Shown: in pieces, positions 9,781 to 20,008 of the stretch
Position numbering within the stretch: the stretch's first letter is position 1
Layout of the letters: the number at the start of each line of letters is the position of its first letter
DNA from: Candidatus Aenigmatarchaeota archaeon
GTDB lineage: Archaea > Aenigmatarchaeota > Aenigmatarchaeia > QMZP01 > QMZT01
DNA length: 64,000 nucleotides
Direction: 5' to 3'
NCBI GenBank assembly: GCA_016932215.1
Contig: JAFGDH010000019.1
Coordinates: 1,817-65,816 of the forward strand
Notes under the pieces: model-generated
What the model saw: only the letters and a program-made list of their open reading frames with translations
Told to the model about the DNA's origin: nothing
The model's database searches: none
Program-made: the position numbers and the translations under genes

Positions 9781-10359
9781 ATCCTTTCTATGTGGGTAAA
9801 TTTTATATACTTTTCACCATATGATAGTAAATAAAAATATTATTTTTTATGGTTCAACCATGGTTTTTATTTGTTCGGTCCAATGAAGGGTATGGGAAGA
9901 GGATGGGTACCAGCCAGAGAAATATATGCTTTTCTTGAACAGGGCAACGCAGTGAAATTAACATATAAGATCCGTCTCTGCCTAAATACTTCAGGGTCAG
10001 GAAATTATACCAGATTCACGATGTAACCGAAGATTGTATTGTTCTCAGAGATGGTAATGGAAAAAAATATCATGTTAATTCTGCTTATCTCCAGGCCAAA
10101 CGACCTTCATGGATGCGTGGATGAATATGGCCGAAAATGAGCGTACTTCTGCGAAATATTTTATCGGCGGAATGCCGTATATATTCGCTGCAGTCCTTAT
10201 GGCAGGCGTAACGACGAATCTGAGCGAATTTTATGATCAAAAATCGGAAATCATCGGCAAGGCGATTAACGGGGTGCCTCTTTCTGTGGAAACTGATCAG
10301 AAATTATACAAAATGATCGGTGAACAAAATTTATATTAAGCCGGCATCAACATAATAAT

Positions 10360-10881
10360 ATGGCATATCGCATCAAAGCACTTATTATCTTCGTCATAGG
10401 CGTGATAATAGCAGCATCCGGGATAGTGATTTTGATCCAGTTCCCGGACCTTTTCCAGGAGAACACCAAGACATATTCCTTCGCGATAATGCTGGTGGGT
10501 CTCGTTTTTGTGGCCTTCGGCGCGGTGTGGGGGAAGAAGAGGATAGTAAAGGAAAAGAAGAAGGGCGACTTCTTTTCCCAGGCCATGAAGAAGTTCGACG
10601 ACAAGGGAAAGGGAAAGAAGGAAGAAAAACCCAAGGAAAAGAGGAAGGGCAGGGGATTTTTCGGCAGGATGAAGGACAAGAAGGAAAAGCCGGAAGAGCC
10701 CGCAAAGGAGGAGCTCTCCGGGAAAAAGCTGGATTCCTTCCTCAACACGGCGGAAAAAAACGTCGTCAAGATATACATATGCCCGGGATGCGGGTCGGAG
10801 AACCCGGAAGGGCACAAGTTCTGCTCCGAGTGCGGGAAGAAGCTGAAGTTTCTGAAACCCCCGAAAAAGGGAAAGAAATAG
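10360..10881 (+). CDS. membrane-anchored Lys/Glu-rich protein with C-terminal zinc ribbon
   Basis: Two N-terminal TM helices, a KKEEKPKEKRKG low-complexity linker, and CPGCGSEN..HKFCSECGKK. Confidence 0.5.
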   Translation: MAYRIKALIIFVIGVIIAASGIVILIQFPDLFQENTKTYSFAIMLVGLVFVAFGAVWGKKRIVKEKKKGDFFSQAMKKFDDKGKGKKEEKPKEKRKGRGFFGRMKDKKEKPEEPAKEELSGKKLDSFLNTAEKNVVKIYICPGCGSENPEGHKFCSECGKKLKFLKPPKKGKK

Positions 10882-10917
10882 GTCCGTTTTTATATTGTTT
10901 CGTTCCAACTATATTCT

Positions 10918-13623
10918 ATGCGTGGTGTCGGGCGGGTCATTTTAGCCGTTCTGGTGATATTTTTCGTGATACTTTCCATAGTCATGAGCATATACGCCGA
11001 CCTTTTCTGGTTCCTCATGCTGGGATACGAGAACGTTTTCCTCACGATCCTGTTCACCCGTCTGGAGCTGTGGTTCCTGTTCTTCTCGCTGTTCTTCATT
11101 TTTGCGCTGGTTAACATAGGCGTTGCCAAGAGAACGTGCATGGGGAAGGGGAAGAAGAAGAGGAAGACGAAGACCGAGGACAGGATAACGATAATGGTTT
11201 CGTTCTTCATTTCCGTCATAATAGGCTCGGTCTTCTCGAACTGGGAGGTCGTCCTCAGGTACCTCAACCAGGTCCCCTTCCAGGGGAACGATCCGGTATT
11301 CGGCCTGAACATAGGGTTTTACGTTTTCGATCTTCCGTTGTACTCGTTCCTTATAGGATTCGCGGCAGCGACCGTCGTCCTCACGCTCGTCATAACCTTC
11401 ATTTCCTACGCAGTCTATTCCCAGTCCTTCAGGAAGCAGGAGCCGGGCGAGAATGCCGTGCTCCAGATGCCTAATGTCCCTTCCTATACCATAGACATGA
11501 AGGCGATGGAGAAGAAGGTCGTCCCCCATGCCAGCTTCCTTATAGGGTTGCTATTTATTGTGATTTCCGTTGCCCTCTTCTTCGGGAGGTACGGTCTTCT
11601 GTTTTCCCCGGCCGGTGTCGTGTTCGGGGCGGGGTACACCGACATACACATAATGCTACCTCTGATCACGTTGCTTTCGGTCGTTGCCTTCATAGTCGGC
11701 ATACTGTTCATTCTCAACTTCAGGATGAACAGGACCGGCCTGATACTCAAGCTGATAGGAGGCTTCATAGCCATAGCGGTTCTCGGGATGATCGTCTCCG
11801 GAGTGACACAGGCGTTCATCGTGACACCGAACGAGTACAACCTCGAGAGCGAGTACATAGGGAGGAACATCAATTTCACGCTTGCCGCATACGGTCTCGA
11901 CAGCATGAACGAGAGGATATTCCCGATCTCCTACAACCTTTCCGGTTCTGACATAGAGAAGAATTCCGGGACAATAGACAACATCCGCCTGTGGGACTGG
12001 AGGCCGCTGATGATCACATACAACCAGCTCCAGCTTTTCCGTACATACTACAGCTTCTGGGACGTGGACATAGACAGGTACAAGATAAACGGCGGCTACA
12101 AGGAGGTCATGCTTTCCGCGAGGGGGCTGGACACGGGGAACCTCCCGGAAAAGGCAAAGACGTGGATAAACGAGCACATGGTTTACACGCATGGTTACGG
12201 GCTTGTCATGAACCCGGTGGATAAAGTCACCGCTGACGGCCAGCCCGAGTTCTACATGCAGGACATACCCCCCAAATCAGATTATTTCACGGTCGACAGG
12301 CCGGAGATATATTACGGCGAAGGGATGAATGAATACGCCCTGGTGAAAACGACGACAGAGGAATTCGATTACCCCAGCGGCGAGCAGAACATTTACACCA
12401 GCTACGAGGGGACCGGCGGCGTTCCGCTTTCCGACGGTTTCAGGCGGCTGGTCTATGCAGTCAATTTCGGTTCAATCGAGCTCCTGCTTTCGGGTTCGCT
12501 TACAGAAGAAAGCCGTGTCCTGATGTACAGGGACATAGGCGAGAGGGTATCGTCCATCGCTCCCTTCCTGTCGTACGACCGTGACCCTTACATAGTCCTT
12601 TCGAACGGGAGGCTGTACTGGATGCTTGACGCTTACACGACGACTGACATGTATCCATACTCCGAGCCGATGTACGTCGGCAAGAGGAGCTATTTCAACT
12701 ATATCAGGAACTCCGTTAAGGTGGTCGTGGACGCATACAACGGTGACGTCACATTTTACGTGATCGACAGCGACGACCCCGTGATCAAAGCATACGGGAA
12801 GATGTTCCCCGGGCTTTTCGAGAGCTTCGAGAGCATGGATCCGGACCTGAAGGACCACATTCGCTATCCTGAGGACCTTTTCAGCATACAGGCGGCCCTT
12901 TACTCCGAATATCACATGAACGATCCGAGGGTGTTCTACAACAAGGAAGACACCTGGGTTATTCCTAACGAGATATACAGGGGTTCCAGGCAGGAGATGC
13001 AGCCCTACTACGTTATAGTCAGGCTTCCCGGGTACGAGAAGGAGAAGTTCATATTGATGATACCGTTCATACCGAGGGGGAAGGAGAATCTCATCGGCTG
13101 GATGGCGGCTGTGTCGGACTTCCCGGACTACGGCAACCTGGTGGTCTACAAGTTTTCCAAACAGGAACTCACTTACGGTCCGATGCAGATAGAGGCCAGA
13201 ATCGATCAGGACACCGAGATATCCCAGCTCATCACACTCTGGTCCCAGGCCGGGTCCGACGTGATCAGGGGAAACACGCTGGTCATACCTATCGAAGACT
13301 CGATCGTCTACATAGAACCGTTGTATTTGGAAGCGACAGAAAAGGGAACCCTTCCCGAGCTGAAGAGGGTCATAGTGGTATACGGGAACGACCTGGTGAT
13401 GAAGGATACACTCGCTGACGCTCTGGCGGATGTGTTCGGAAGCGTGACCAGCGTCCCGCAGAAGCCTCCGGCAGGCCTTCCAACGACTTCAGACGAGACA
13501 CTGTCGCAGATATCCGATCTTTACGGCAGGGCCCAGTCATCCCTCAGGACGGGCGACCTGAAGACTTATGCAGAATACATGGAACAGATAGAGCAGCTTC
13601 TCGAGAACTGGAAATCCTCTTAA
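10918..13623 (+). CDS. large polytopic membrane protein, UPF0182/COG1615-like
   Basis: 901 aa. About 7 N-terminal TM helices, then a large soluble domain. Size and architecture fit UPF0182; family assignment from memory only. Confidence 0.5.
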   Translation: MRGVGRVILAVLVIFFVILSIVMSIYADLFWFLMLGYENVFLTILFTRLELWFLFFSLFFIFALVNIGVAKRTCMGKGKKKRKTKTEDRITIMVSFFISVIIGSVFSNWEVVLRYLNQVPFQGNDPVFGLNIGFYVFDLPLYSFLIGFAAATVVLTLVITFISYAVYSQSFRKQEPGENAVLQMPNVPSYTIDMKAMEKKVVPHASFLIGLLFIVISVALFFGRYGLLFSPAGVVFGAGYTDIHIMLPLITLLSVVAFIVGILFILNFRMNRTGLILKLIGGFIAIAVLGMIVSGVTQAFIVTPNEYNLESEYIGRNINFTLAAYGLDSMNERIFPISYNLSGSDIEKNSGTIDNIRLWDWRPLMITYNQLQLFRTYYSFWDVDIDRYKINGGYKEVMLSARGLDTGNLPEKAKTWINEHMVYTHGYGLVMNPVDKVTADGQPEFYMQDIPPKSDYFTVDRPEIYYGEGMNEYALVKTTTEEFDYPSGEQNIYTSYEGTGGVPLSDGFRRLVYAVNFGSIELLLSGSLTEESRVLMYRDIGERVSSIAPFLSYDRDPYIVLSNGRLYWMLDAYTTTDMYPYSEPMYVGKRSYFNYIRNSVKVVVDAYNGDVTFYVIDSDDPVIKAYGKMFPGLFESFESMDPDLKDHIRYPEDLFSIQAALYSEYHMNDPRVFYNKEDTWVIPNEIYRGSRQEMQPYYVIVRLPGYEKEKFILMIPFIPRGKENLIGWMAAVSDFPDYGNLVVYKFSKQELTYGPMQIEARIDQDTEISQLITLWSQAGSDVIRGNTLVIPIEDSIVYIEPLYLEATEKGTLPELKRVIVVYGNDLVMKDTLADALADVFGSVTSVPQKPPAGLPTTSDETLSQISDLYGRAQSSLRTGDLKTYAEYMEQIEQLLENWKSS

Positions 13624-13635
13624 ACAGTCAAAAAA

Positions 13636-14427
13636 TCAGGCCATGTGTTTCTTCACTATCTCTACCATCTTCTCATGATGGATGCCGTTGCTGGAGACGG
13701 CTGCAGGCCGTTCCTGCCCCCTCACCGGGACGTATGTGAACTTCCCGCCGGCTTCCCTTACTATCACGTCTCCCGCCGCTATGTCCCACGGCTTCGGGTC
13801 GTTGTGGAACCCGTAATCCATCCCGCCTTCCGCTATCATGCACAGTTCGATGGAACAGCAGTGGAGCATCTTCCTCCCGAGATGAGGGACTGTTTTGAAG
13901 AACTCCCTGATTATTTTCTGGCATTTTTCCACCCGCTTCTTGTCTGTATGCGAGTCAACCACGAGGCAGGGCAATCTCATACTTTCGTCTGAAACCCGGA
14001 GCCTTTTCGTTTTCCCTTCATGCTCGACGTATGCCCCGCTCCCCTCGGAGGCGAAATACAGTTTTTTGAAGAAAGGGGCGTAGACCACTCCTATTATCCC
14101 CTTCCCGTTGTGGCGAACGCCCATCGAAACGGCGAACACGGGATCCCCGCGAACGAAGTTGTTCGTCCCGTCCAGGGGATCGATCACCCATTCGTATTCG
14201 TTCCCCTTCTTGTCCGGGTTCTCCTCGCTCACTATCCCGTGGTCCGGGTACTTCTCATGTATCGCATTCCTTATGAAGCTGTCGCTTTCCATGTCCGCTT
14301 CCGAGACGAAGGAGTAATCTGCCTTCACTTCAGAATTCAGTTCCTCAGCCTCGAAATACTTCAGAAGTATTTCCCCCGCCTTCAGGGCTATCCCCTTCGC
14401 AAATTCGAGAAGCTCGGAATTGTCCAT
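13636..14427 (-). CDS. inositol monophosphatase / FBPase-IMPase family protein
   Basis: WVIDPLDGTNNFVRG metal-binding motif and downstream GG..D-rich active-site blocks. 263 aa. Confidence 0.85.
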   Translation of the reverse strand: MDNSELLEFAKGIALKAGEILLKYFEAEELNSEVKADYSFVSEADMESDSFIRNAIHEKYPDHGIVSEENPDKKGNEYEWVIDPLDGTNNFVRGDPVFAVSMGVRHNGKGIIGVVYAPFFKKLYFASEGSGAYVEHEGKTKRLRVSDESMRLPCLVVDSHTDKKRVEKCQKIIREFFKTVPHLGRKMLHCCSIELCMIAEGGMDYGFHNDPKPWDIAAGDVIVREAGGKFTYVPVRGQERPAAVSSNGIHHEKMVEIVKKHMA

Positions 14428-14538
14428 ATCATCACAATTAGAATAAATTCGGATTCAGATATAAAAATCCCGTTTTTAAAATAATAAATGGTTTTCGCGG
14501 GTCAACCTTTATGATCCCGCCTGGACCGGGGTGATTTT

Positions 14539-15210
14539 ATGGAAACAGAAAGAGTGGGTATTCCTCTTCTCGGAGAGAAATTTCCCGATATGACGGTCAA
14601 GACTACGCACGGTATTCTTGAGCTGCCGAAACATTTTGCGGGAAAATGGTTTGTGCTTTTCAGCCACCCGGGTGATTTTACGCCCGTTTGCACCACGGAA
14701 TTCGTCAGCTTCGCGAAGAAGAACAACGAATTCAGAAAACTCGGGAGCGAGCTAATCGGTCTTTCGATAGACCAGGTTTTTTCCCATATAAAGTGGGTGG
14801 AGTGGATAAAGGAGAACCTCAAGACCGAGATACCTTTTCCCGTTATAGCCGACGACATGGGAAACGTTTCAAAGAAGCTGGGTATGATACACCCGGGCAA
14901 GGGTACGAACACGGTGAGGGCGGTTTTCATAGTCGATCCGAATGGGTTCCTGAGGCTGATGGTTTATTACCCGCAGGAGATCGGGAGGAACATGGACGAG
15001 ATACTCAGGGCGCTTAAGGCTCTTCAGGTGTCCGACGCCAACAAGGTTGCCATGCCTGCGAACTGGCCGAAAAACGAGCTGATCGGTGATCAGGTCATAG
15101 TTCCCCCGGCGAGCGACGTGAAAACGGCCGAGATGAGAAAAAATCAGAAGGAATACAAATGTTATGACTGGTGGCTGTGCTACAAGAAGCTGCCGGAAAA
15201 TAGGAGGTGA
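14539..15210 (+). CDS. peroxiredoxin (AhpC/TSA, Prx6-like)
   Basis: [13 protein letters not shown] peroxidatic-Cys motif, 223 aa. GGTGA Shine-Dalgarno-like sequence upstream. Confidence 0.85.
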   Translation: METERVGIPLLGEKFPDMTVKTTHGILELPKHFAGKWFVLFSHPGDFTPVCTTEFVSFAKKNNEFRKLGSELIGLSIDQVFSHIKWVEWIKENLKTEIPFPVIADDMGNVSKKLGMIHPGKGTNTVRAVFIVDPNGFLRLMVYYPQEIGRNMDEILRALKALQVSDANKVAMPANWPKNELIGDQVIVPPASDVKTAEMRKNQKEYKCYDWWLCYKKLPENRR

Positions 15211-15503
15211 TTTGTGTGTTGTCTAAAATACCTATTGATTTGTCAAAAGTGAGAAAAGAGGATATTGATACCGAGATAATGCGTGCGGGCGTCATTGCCG
15301 AGCTGGATGCCATAAACCTTTACGAGCAGATGGCCGCGCTCGCCGGCGACGAGAACCTCAGGAAGGTGCTCCTTGCCATAGCCAAGGAAGAGAAGGAGCA
15401 CGTCGGCGAGTTCCAGACCCTTCTTCTAAGGGCGGACAAGGAGCAGGTAAAGGAGATGGAAGAGGGGAAGAAAGAGGTCGAGGAGATGACGGGGGTGTCC
15501 TGA
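15207..15503 (+). CDS. small ferritin-like / rubrerythrin-family diiron-like protein
   Basis: 98 aa. E..LYEQMA and [12 protein letters not shown] (E..H) pairs. GTG start overlaps the prx stop (GTGA). Confidence 0.45.
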   Translation: MICVLSKIPIDLSKVRKEDIDTEIMRAGVIAELDAINLYEQMAALAGDENLRKVLLAIAKEEKEHVGEFQTLLLRADKEQVKEMEEGKKEVEEMTGVS

Positions 15504-15877
15504 TGACCGAATTCAGGCAAATATACAAGTGCGAGATATGCGGGAACATAGTTGAAGTCCTTCACACCGGCGTTGGAGAACTCGTATGCTGCGGGCAGCC
15601 CATGAAGCTTATGAAGGAGCAGACAGCTGACGAGGGAAAGGAGAAGCACGTCCCGGTCGTGGAAAGAAGGGAAAAAGTCCTGGACGTCAAGGTAGGTTCT
15701 GTTCCCCATCCCATGGAGGAGAAGCATTACATAGAGTGGGTCGAGATCTTTTCCGACGGGACGCTCTGCAGGAGGTTCCTGAAGCCGGGCAACAGGCCGG
15801 AGAGCGAATTCTGCCTGGTCTCCGAGAAGTTGGAATCGAGGGAATACTGCAACGTTCACGGCCTCTGGAAGTCGTAA
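15503..15877 (+). CDS. dfx: desulfoferrodoxin (2Fe superoxide reductase)
   Basis: N-terminal desulforedoxin site (CEICGN ... CCGQPM), EKHVPV motif, C-terminal YCNVHGLW. ATG overlaps the upstream stop (TGATG). Confidence 0.85.
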   Translation: MTEFRQIYKCEICGNIVEVLHTGVGELVCCGQPMKLMKEQTADEGKEKHVPVVERREKVLDVKVGSVPHPMEEKHYIEWVEIFSDGTLCRRFLKPGNRPESEFCLVSEKLESREYCNVHGLWKS

Positions 15878-15926
15878 ATGACTATGAACTGCCTGATTGA
15901 GTGAAGTCAGGCAGCCGGAATTTTTT

Positions 15927-16568
15927 TTATTCAAACAATTCCAGCACCTTTTTTGATATTTCTCCGGGTTTCAGTATGAAATCGTAATGCCCCGTTTCAA
16001 TCGCGTTTTCCGGTATTTTCGGATTGCTTGCGGTTTCCGGGTCCTGTATTATTACCTTCGCGCCCCTTTCCTTTGCCATTCCCAGCGCGAAAGATCCGTC
16101 ATCCCCGTTGCCGCTGAGAATAATCAGGACCATGTCCTCTCCGTAACCGCAATCCAGAAGGCTTCTTATCGAATAATTGAATTCCTGGCGCATATCCGCT
16201 GGTTCGGTGTTTACGTATTTTCTTGAAAAAACAATATTTCCGTTACTTTTCAACGGAACATATATGTTGGTTTCCCCCCTTGACAGTTCATGAACCGTAA
16301 CGTCATGACAATTATAAAACAGTTTTTTGCCCTCCAAAACCGTACCCTCTCTTGCATGATTTTTAGTCAGATTTTTTGCGAATCTCCTGCCAAGGGCGCT
16401 GCTGTCGTGACTGTGAGGTATGTGCTCAAGAAAATACACGGACCCCTTACTTTTCAGCCTTTTAAGATATCCGTCCACTGATTCGTAAAATGCCCTGTGG
16501 CCTCCTCTTGAACCCATGAAGAATGCCAGTCTGGGTCTTTCGTATTCCATAAAAATAAATGCCGGCAA
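15927..16568 (-). CDS. stand-alone CheB-type protein-glutamate methylesterase catalytic domain
   Basis: GSRGG (Ser), GNGDDGSFALGMAKERGAKVIIQDPETA and PKIPENAIETGHYDFIL match the CheB catalytic-domain blocks. No receiver domain and no che genes in window. Confidence 0.6.
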   Translation of the reverse strand: MPAFIFMEYERPRLAFFMGSRGGHRAFYESVDGYLKRLKSKGSVYFLEHIPHSHDSSALGRRFAKNLTKNHAREGTVLEGKKLFYNCHDVTVHELSRGETNIYVPLKSNGNIVFSRKYVNTEPADMRQEFNYSIRSLLDCGYGEDMVLIILSGNGDDGSFALGMAKERGAKVIIQDPETASNPKIPENAIETGHYDFILKPGEISKKVLELFE

Positions 16569-16648
16569 AAATTTTTATTTTGATCTTTCGGCGTTTGCCG
16601 AAGAAATCGGGATGGTTTATAAGGGGCCTAATGGAATAATATATTGAG

Positions 16649-17116
16649 GTGGTCTTCATGAAATTGCATTATCTGTGCGCTGTTTCTGTGATTTTGATGG
16701 TGGTCTTAATTTCCGGATGCGTGACCGAGCAGCCCATAGGCGGAGATACGGACGAGCACGGATGCCTGATAGCTGCCGGCTATAGCTGGTGCCAGAACAA
16801 GGAGAAGTGCCTGAGGGTATGGGAGGAGCCGTGCGTGACCAGCTTCGAAGAATGCGTGACGGAGGGGAATCCGGTGATGGAGAGCTACCCGAGGCAGTGC
16901 TCGACGCCTGAAGGCGAAACTTTCACCGAAGACACAGGCGGGGAGGCTGGTCTTGCAAACCCGGCTTCGGTGTACTGCCTGGAACAGGGAGGGACGACAG
17001 TCTTCCATGAAACTGCCGAAGGAACGGCAGGATACTGCGAGATAGCGGTGGGCGTTTTGTGCGAGGAATGGGAATACTTCAGGTCGAACGGGACCGTCTG
17101 CAACGGGATCGAATAG
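16649..17116 (+). CDS. Cys-rich secreted lipoprotein
   Basis: Signal peptide ending in lipobox-like LISGC. 10 Cys. 155 aa. Confidence 0.45.
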   Translation: MVFMKLHYLCAVSVILMVVLISGCVTEQPIGGDTDEHGCLIAAGYSWCQNKEKCLRVWEEPCVTSFEECVTEGNPVMESYPRQCSTPEGETFTEDTGGEAGLANPASVYCLEQGGTTVFHETAEGTAGYCEIAVGVLCEEWEYFRSNGTVCNGIE

Positions 17117-17359
17117 GTCCCTTCCCCTTCTTTCCCGTAAAACGGAAAGTATTTATTCTGCCGGCAAAATATTATATTATAAAAGAGGTGTCTGCATGGG
17201 ATGCTGTTGCGGGAGCAGTAAGAAAAAGAAGTGATAATAGGCCATAAGGGGTGTTTTAATGGGATTTGTTCAGAAAATCAGGGGTTTGTTCAAGAAAAAT
17301 AAAAAAGTTGCGGCAGAGCCTGCATAGGGTAATCCAATTGCTGACTTGGCGGGATCGGT

Positions 17360-17488
17360 ATGCCTGTAAAGTTCATGGGGGAAAGGTACAGATGTGAAAT
17401 CTGCGGTAACGAGGTTAGTGTTACCAAGGTCGGCGGGGGAATTCTTTCCTGCTGCGATCAGCCGATGACCCTCCTCGAAGAGGAATGA
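17360..17488 (+). CDS. desulforedoxin-like small protein (42 aa), not in supplied ORF track
   Basis: [42 protein letters not shown]. Same C-x2-C...CC pattern as the Dfx N-domain at 15503. It is antisense to the 17270..17518(-) ORF, which looks spurious. Confidence 0.6.
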   Translation: MPVKFMGERYRCEICGNEVSVTKVGGGILSCCDQPMTLLEEE

Positions 17489-17801
17489 AAAGACCATTGA
17501 CACTTGTTCATTTTTCATTATTCACTACTCCGGGTTAACATAAACGGCGTTATAATCAGGAAACAAAAACCGACATACAGCAATGATACAATCTCTGCAA
17601 AACCTATGTTCAAAAATATATTTTTTGACTTATTTTTTTGATCATGGATATGTATATAAACCCCTCTCCACATAACATTAAGTATTATTTGGTAGGTCGG
17701 GGTTGGGGTGTTTTTTCGATCTGGATTTGTATTGTTCCAGATCAGTTTTCTTTTCTTTCTGGGTAAGGATGCTGATTTAAAATTTATTTCTAAATACAGC
17801 T

Positions 17802-18044
17802 ATGTCTAAAATCCCGAGTTATTGCGTGACCGTGACCAAGGAGAGCGGAAATTTCGGTCCATCGGACGGATACCACATGAGGGACGTATCGACTGATCTT
17901 GGAATGACCATGGTTTTAATGGCAGAGCCCGTCTTTAAAGGCAAGGTAATGGTGGTTAACGTCATTGGGCAGATCGGAGAGAGCGAGCTCAAAGGTTATT
18001 TCTCAAGATTCGGGAAAGTCTACTGCGAATCTTTGGACGAATGA
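17802..18044 (+). CDS. small hypothetical protein (80 aa)
   Basis: Complete ORF after a 280-bp AT-rich leader. No motif. Confidence 0.3.
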   Translation: MSKIPSYCVTVTKESGNFGPSDGYHMRDVSTDLGMTMVLMAEPVFKGKVMVVNVIGQIGESELKGYFSRFGKVYCESLDE

Positions 18045-18090
18045 ATGCACTGTTCAAACTTATATTTTTTGCTCCCAATTTCTATGTATG

Positions 18091-18498
18091 GCCGGTCATA
18101 AGATACACGTCACGCTGGATTCCAAGCTTTCCTGGAACATCAATTCGCCCCATCCCGTGATAACTGCGCTCAAGGAGATGGAGAACGGGGGGATGGTGAA
18201 GATACATACAGCGGATTCCCTGATGGAAAGGCTGGAGAAGGTGGACCAGAGGACCTACGGGATGATACGGGACGTTACCCACTGGGGGCGCGGAGCGAAA
18301 ACGCTGGACGACCATACGGACATATGCCTGATGGCAGACCACCACGATTCGAAGAGGGACTATTTCCTGACGCTCAGCGAGGACAAGATCCTCCGGAGGA
18401 AGGATAAGCTCGCCAAGCTCGGGATCAACGCGAGGCTGCCTGACACCGAATTCCTTAAAGAGATAAGGGAACACGCCGAGAGGGAGTTCCCGGTTTAG
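18091..18498 (+). CDS. hypothetical protein (135 aa from the internal Met)
   Basis: Protein-like composition. Start chosen at MAGHKIHV; the upstream part of the frame overlaps the previous ORF. Confidence 0.4.
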   Translation, partial: AGHKIHVTLDSKLSWNINSPHPVITALKEMENGGMVKIHTADSLMERLEKVDQRTYGMIRDVTHWGRGAKTLDDHTDICLMADHHDSKRDYFLTLSEDKILRRKDKLAKLGINARLPDTEFLKEIREHAEREFPV

Positions 18499-18558
18499 TT
18501 TATTTTCGGCCAAGACCGAAACATTCCGAATGGTTTATAAACGGTCTTCTTTTAATAA

Positions 18559-19155
18559 TTGATTATGGCAGATGACAAGATCACCCTGGACAGGGATACT
18601 TTCAAGACGCTGGCTTCAGGGACCAGGGTCGATATCCTGAAGTCCCTGGACAGCCGGAGGAAGACGCTTTCGGAGCTTTCCAATCAGTTTTCGATGTCCG
18701 TCTCCACGATCAAGGAACACCTGGACAATCTGGTAAAGGCCGGCCTGATAGAACAGGAGGACGACGGCCACAAGTGGAAGTATTACGACCTGACGAAGAA
18801 GGGCAAGCGTATTTTACATCCAGAGGACGCCAGGATATGGATAATGCTCGCCGTATCGGCGTTCGCCCTTTTGGGGATAGGGTACGACATGATCTCGAGA
18901 TACATGTTCTCTCCGTTCTATTCCGCCGCAGCGAACGCTCCCGACGCGCTGATCAGGAGCACCGAAGCCGGGAAGGAGATCGCACAGGCGCCCATGGCCG
19001 GGGGAACGGCAGAAACCTTTGGCCAGGCCGCAGTCCAGACAATCCCCTGGCTGCACATAGCCGGAATAGTCGTCTTTGGCATACTTCTTGGCTTATGCGT
19101 GGGATACGTCATAATGGCCAGAAAAAGGACTTCCGGGATGTTCGAACAGGCGTGA
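18559..19155 (+). CDS. ArsR-type winged-helix regulator fused to C-terminal membrane segments
   Basis: ASGTRVDILKSL..LSELSNQFSMSVSTIKEHLDNLVKAGLI matches the ArsR HTH. Two C-terminal TM helices. Confidence 0.6.
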   Translation: MIMADDKITLDRDTFKTLASGTRVDILKSLDSRRKTLSELSNQFSMSVSTIKEHLDNLVKAGLIEQEDDGHKWKYYDLTKKGKRILHPEDARIWIMLAVSAFALLGIGYDMISRYMFSPFYSAAANAPDALIRSTEAGKEIAQAPMAGGTAETFGQAAVQTIPWLHIAGIVVFGILLGLCVGYVIMARKRTSGMFEQA

Positions 19156-19210
19156 TCTTTACAAAAATTTTATGTAAGAGTCGCTTAAATTATTAACCGG
19201 TTCATGATTA

Positions 19211-19603
19211 ATGATGAGTGACGGACAATGCCCCGGGAGCTATTTCATCGGACAGGGTCCGGTTTTTGATGAAGCCATGTACAGAAACGGCCTTAAATCC
19301 AAACTGGGTCATAATCCATTTTCCTTAGGAACAATCCAGCTTTTAGACTATTCTTTCGGGTGCTGCGCTGAGACAGAAACCCAGCTCATGGATGTTCTTA
19401 CGGGAAGAATGGCAGGCGTTCGTAAACTACTCGATCAGGAAACCCTGAGATTAGAAAACGACCAGTCCATCCAGGATTATAGCGAAAAGAAGAGACTCAG
19501 CAGAGAACTCCAGACGCTCAACGAGGCCGCGATGAATTTGAACATCGCCGGTTTCGATGGTTTTCTCGATTATGCCCAGAGAAACGGGCTTTTGACTGTA
19601 TGA
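19211..19603 (+). CDS. hypothetical protein (130 aa)
   Basis: ORF only. Confidence 0.35.
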   Translation: MMSDGQCPGSYFIGQGPVFDEAMYRNGLKSKLGHNPFSLGTIQLLDYSFGCCAETETQLMDVLTGRMAGVRKLLDQETLRLENDQSIQDYSEKKRLSRELQTLNEAAMNLNIAGFDGFLDYAQRNGLLTV

Positions 19604-19607
19604 TACC

Positions 19608-19979
19608 ATGCCAGGAAAATACCCTTCGTCCGGGACAAAGGACTACTTTTCAGGAGGCATGACAACGATTCACCCGTCTTTCGAGTTAATAATGGAAAAC
19701 CCGTTCGAACCGAAACTATACATTGAGGCCAGGCAAAAAACAGTCGGCCTGAGCAGGGATACCATAGCCGCGCACGCGAGGAAATCGATATCGAACTTCA
19801 TTGATTTCTGGGGGACCGAGATAGAATTATCGAGTAAAGGACAAAGCTTGCTGACGGAAGATGATATACAGAGAGTAATTAAAAGATATGATGAGGCAGT
19901 CAGGCTTCAGGGCATATTAATCACGCAGGGATACGGTCCTTTCCTGAAAGAGCTCCAGGAAAGCGAGCTCTCCGGATGA
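19608..19979 (+). CDS. hypothetical protein (123 aa)
   Basis: ORF only, 4 nt after the previous ORF. Confidence 0.35.
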   Translation: MPGKYPSSGTKDYFSGGMTTIHPSFELIMENPFEPKLYIEARQKTVGLSRDTIAAHARKSISNFIDFWGTEIELSSKGQSLLTEDDIQRVIKRYDEAVRLQGILITQGYGPFLKELQESELSG

Positions 19980-20008
19980 ATTTTTAATTCTTCTTTTCAA
20001 CTATTCTG

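Noticed and set aside
17520-17800. 280-bp AT-rich gap upstream of 17802, considered for an ncRNA
   Set aside because: No recognisable conserved RNA motif. It looks like an extended promoter or leader region.
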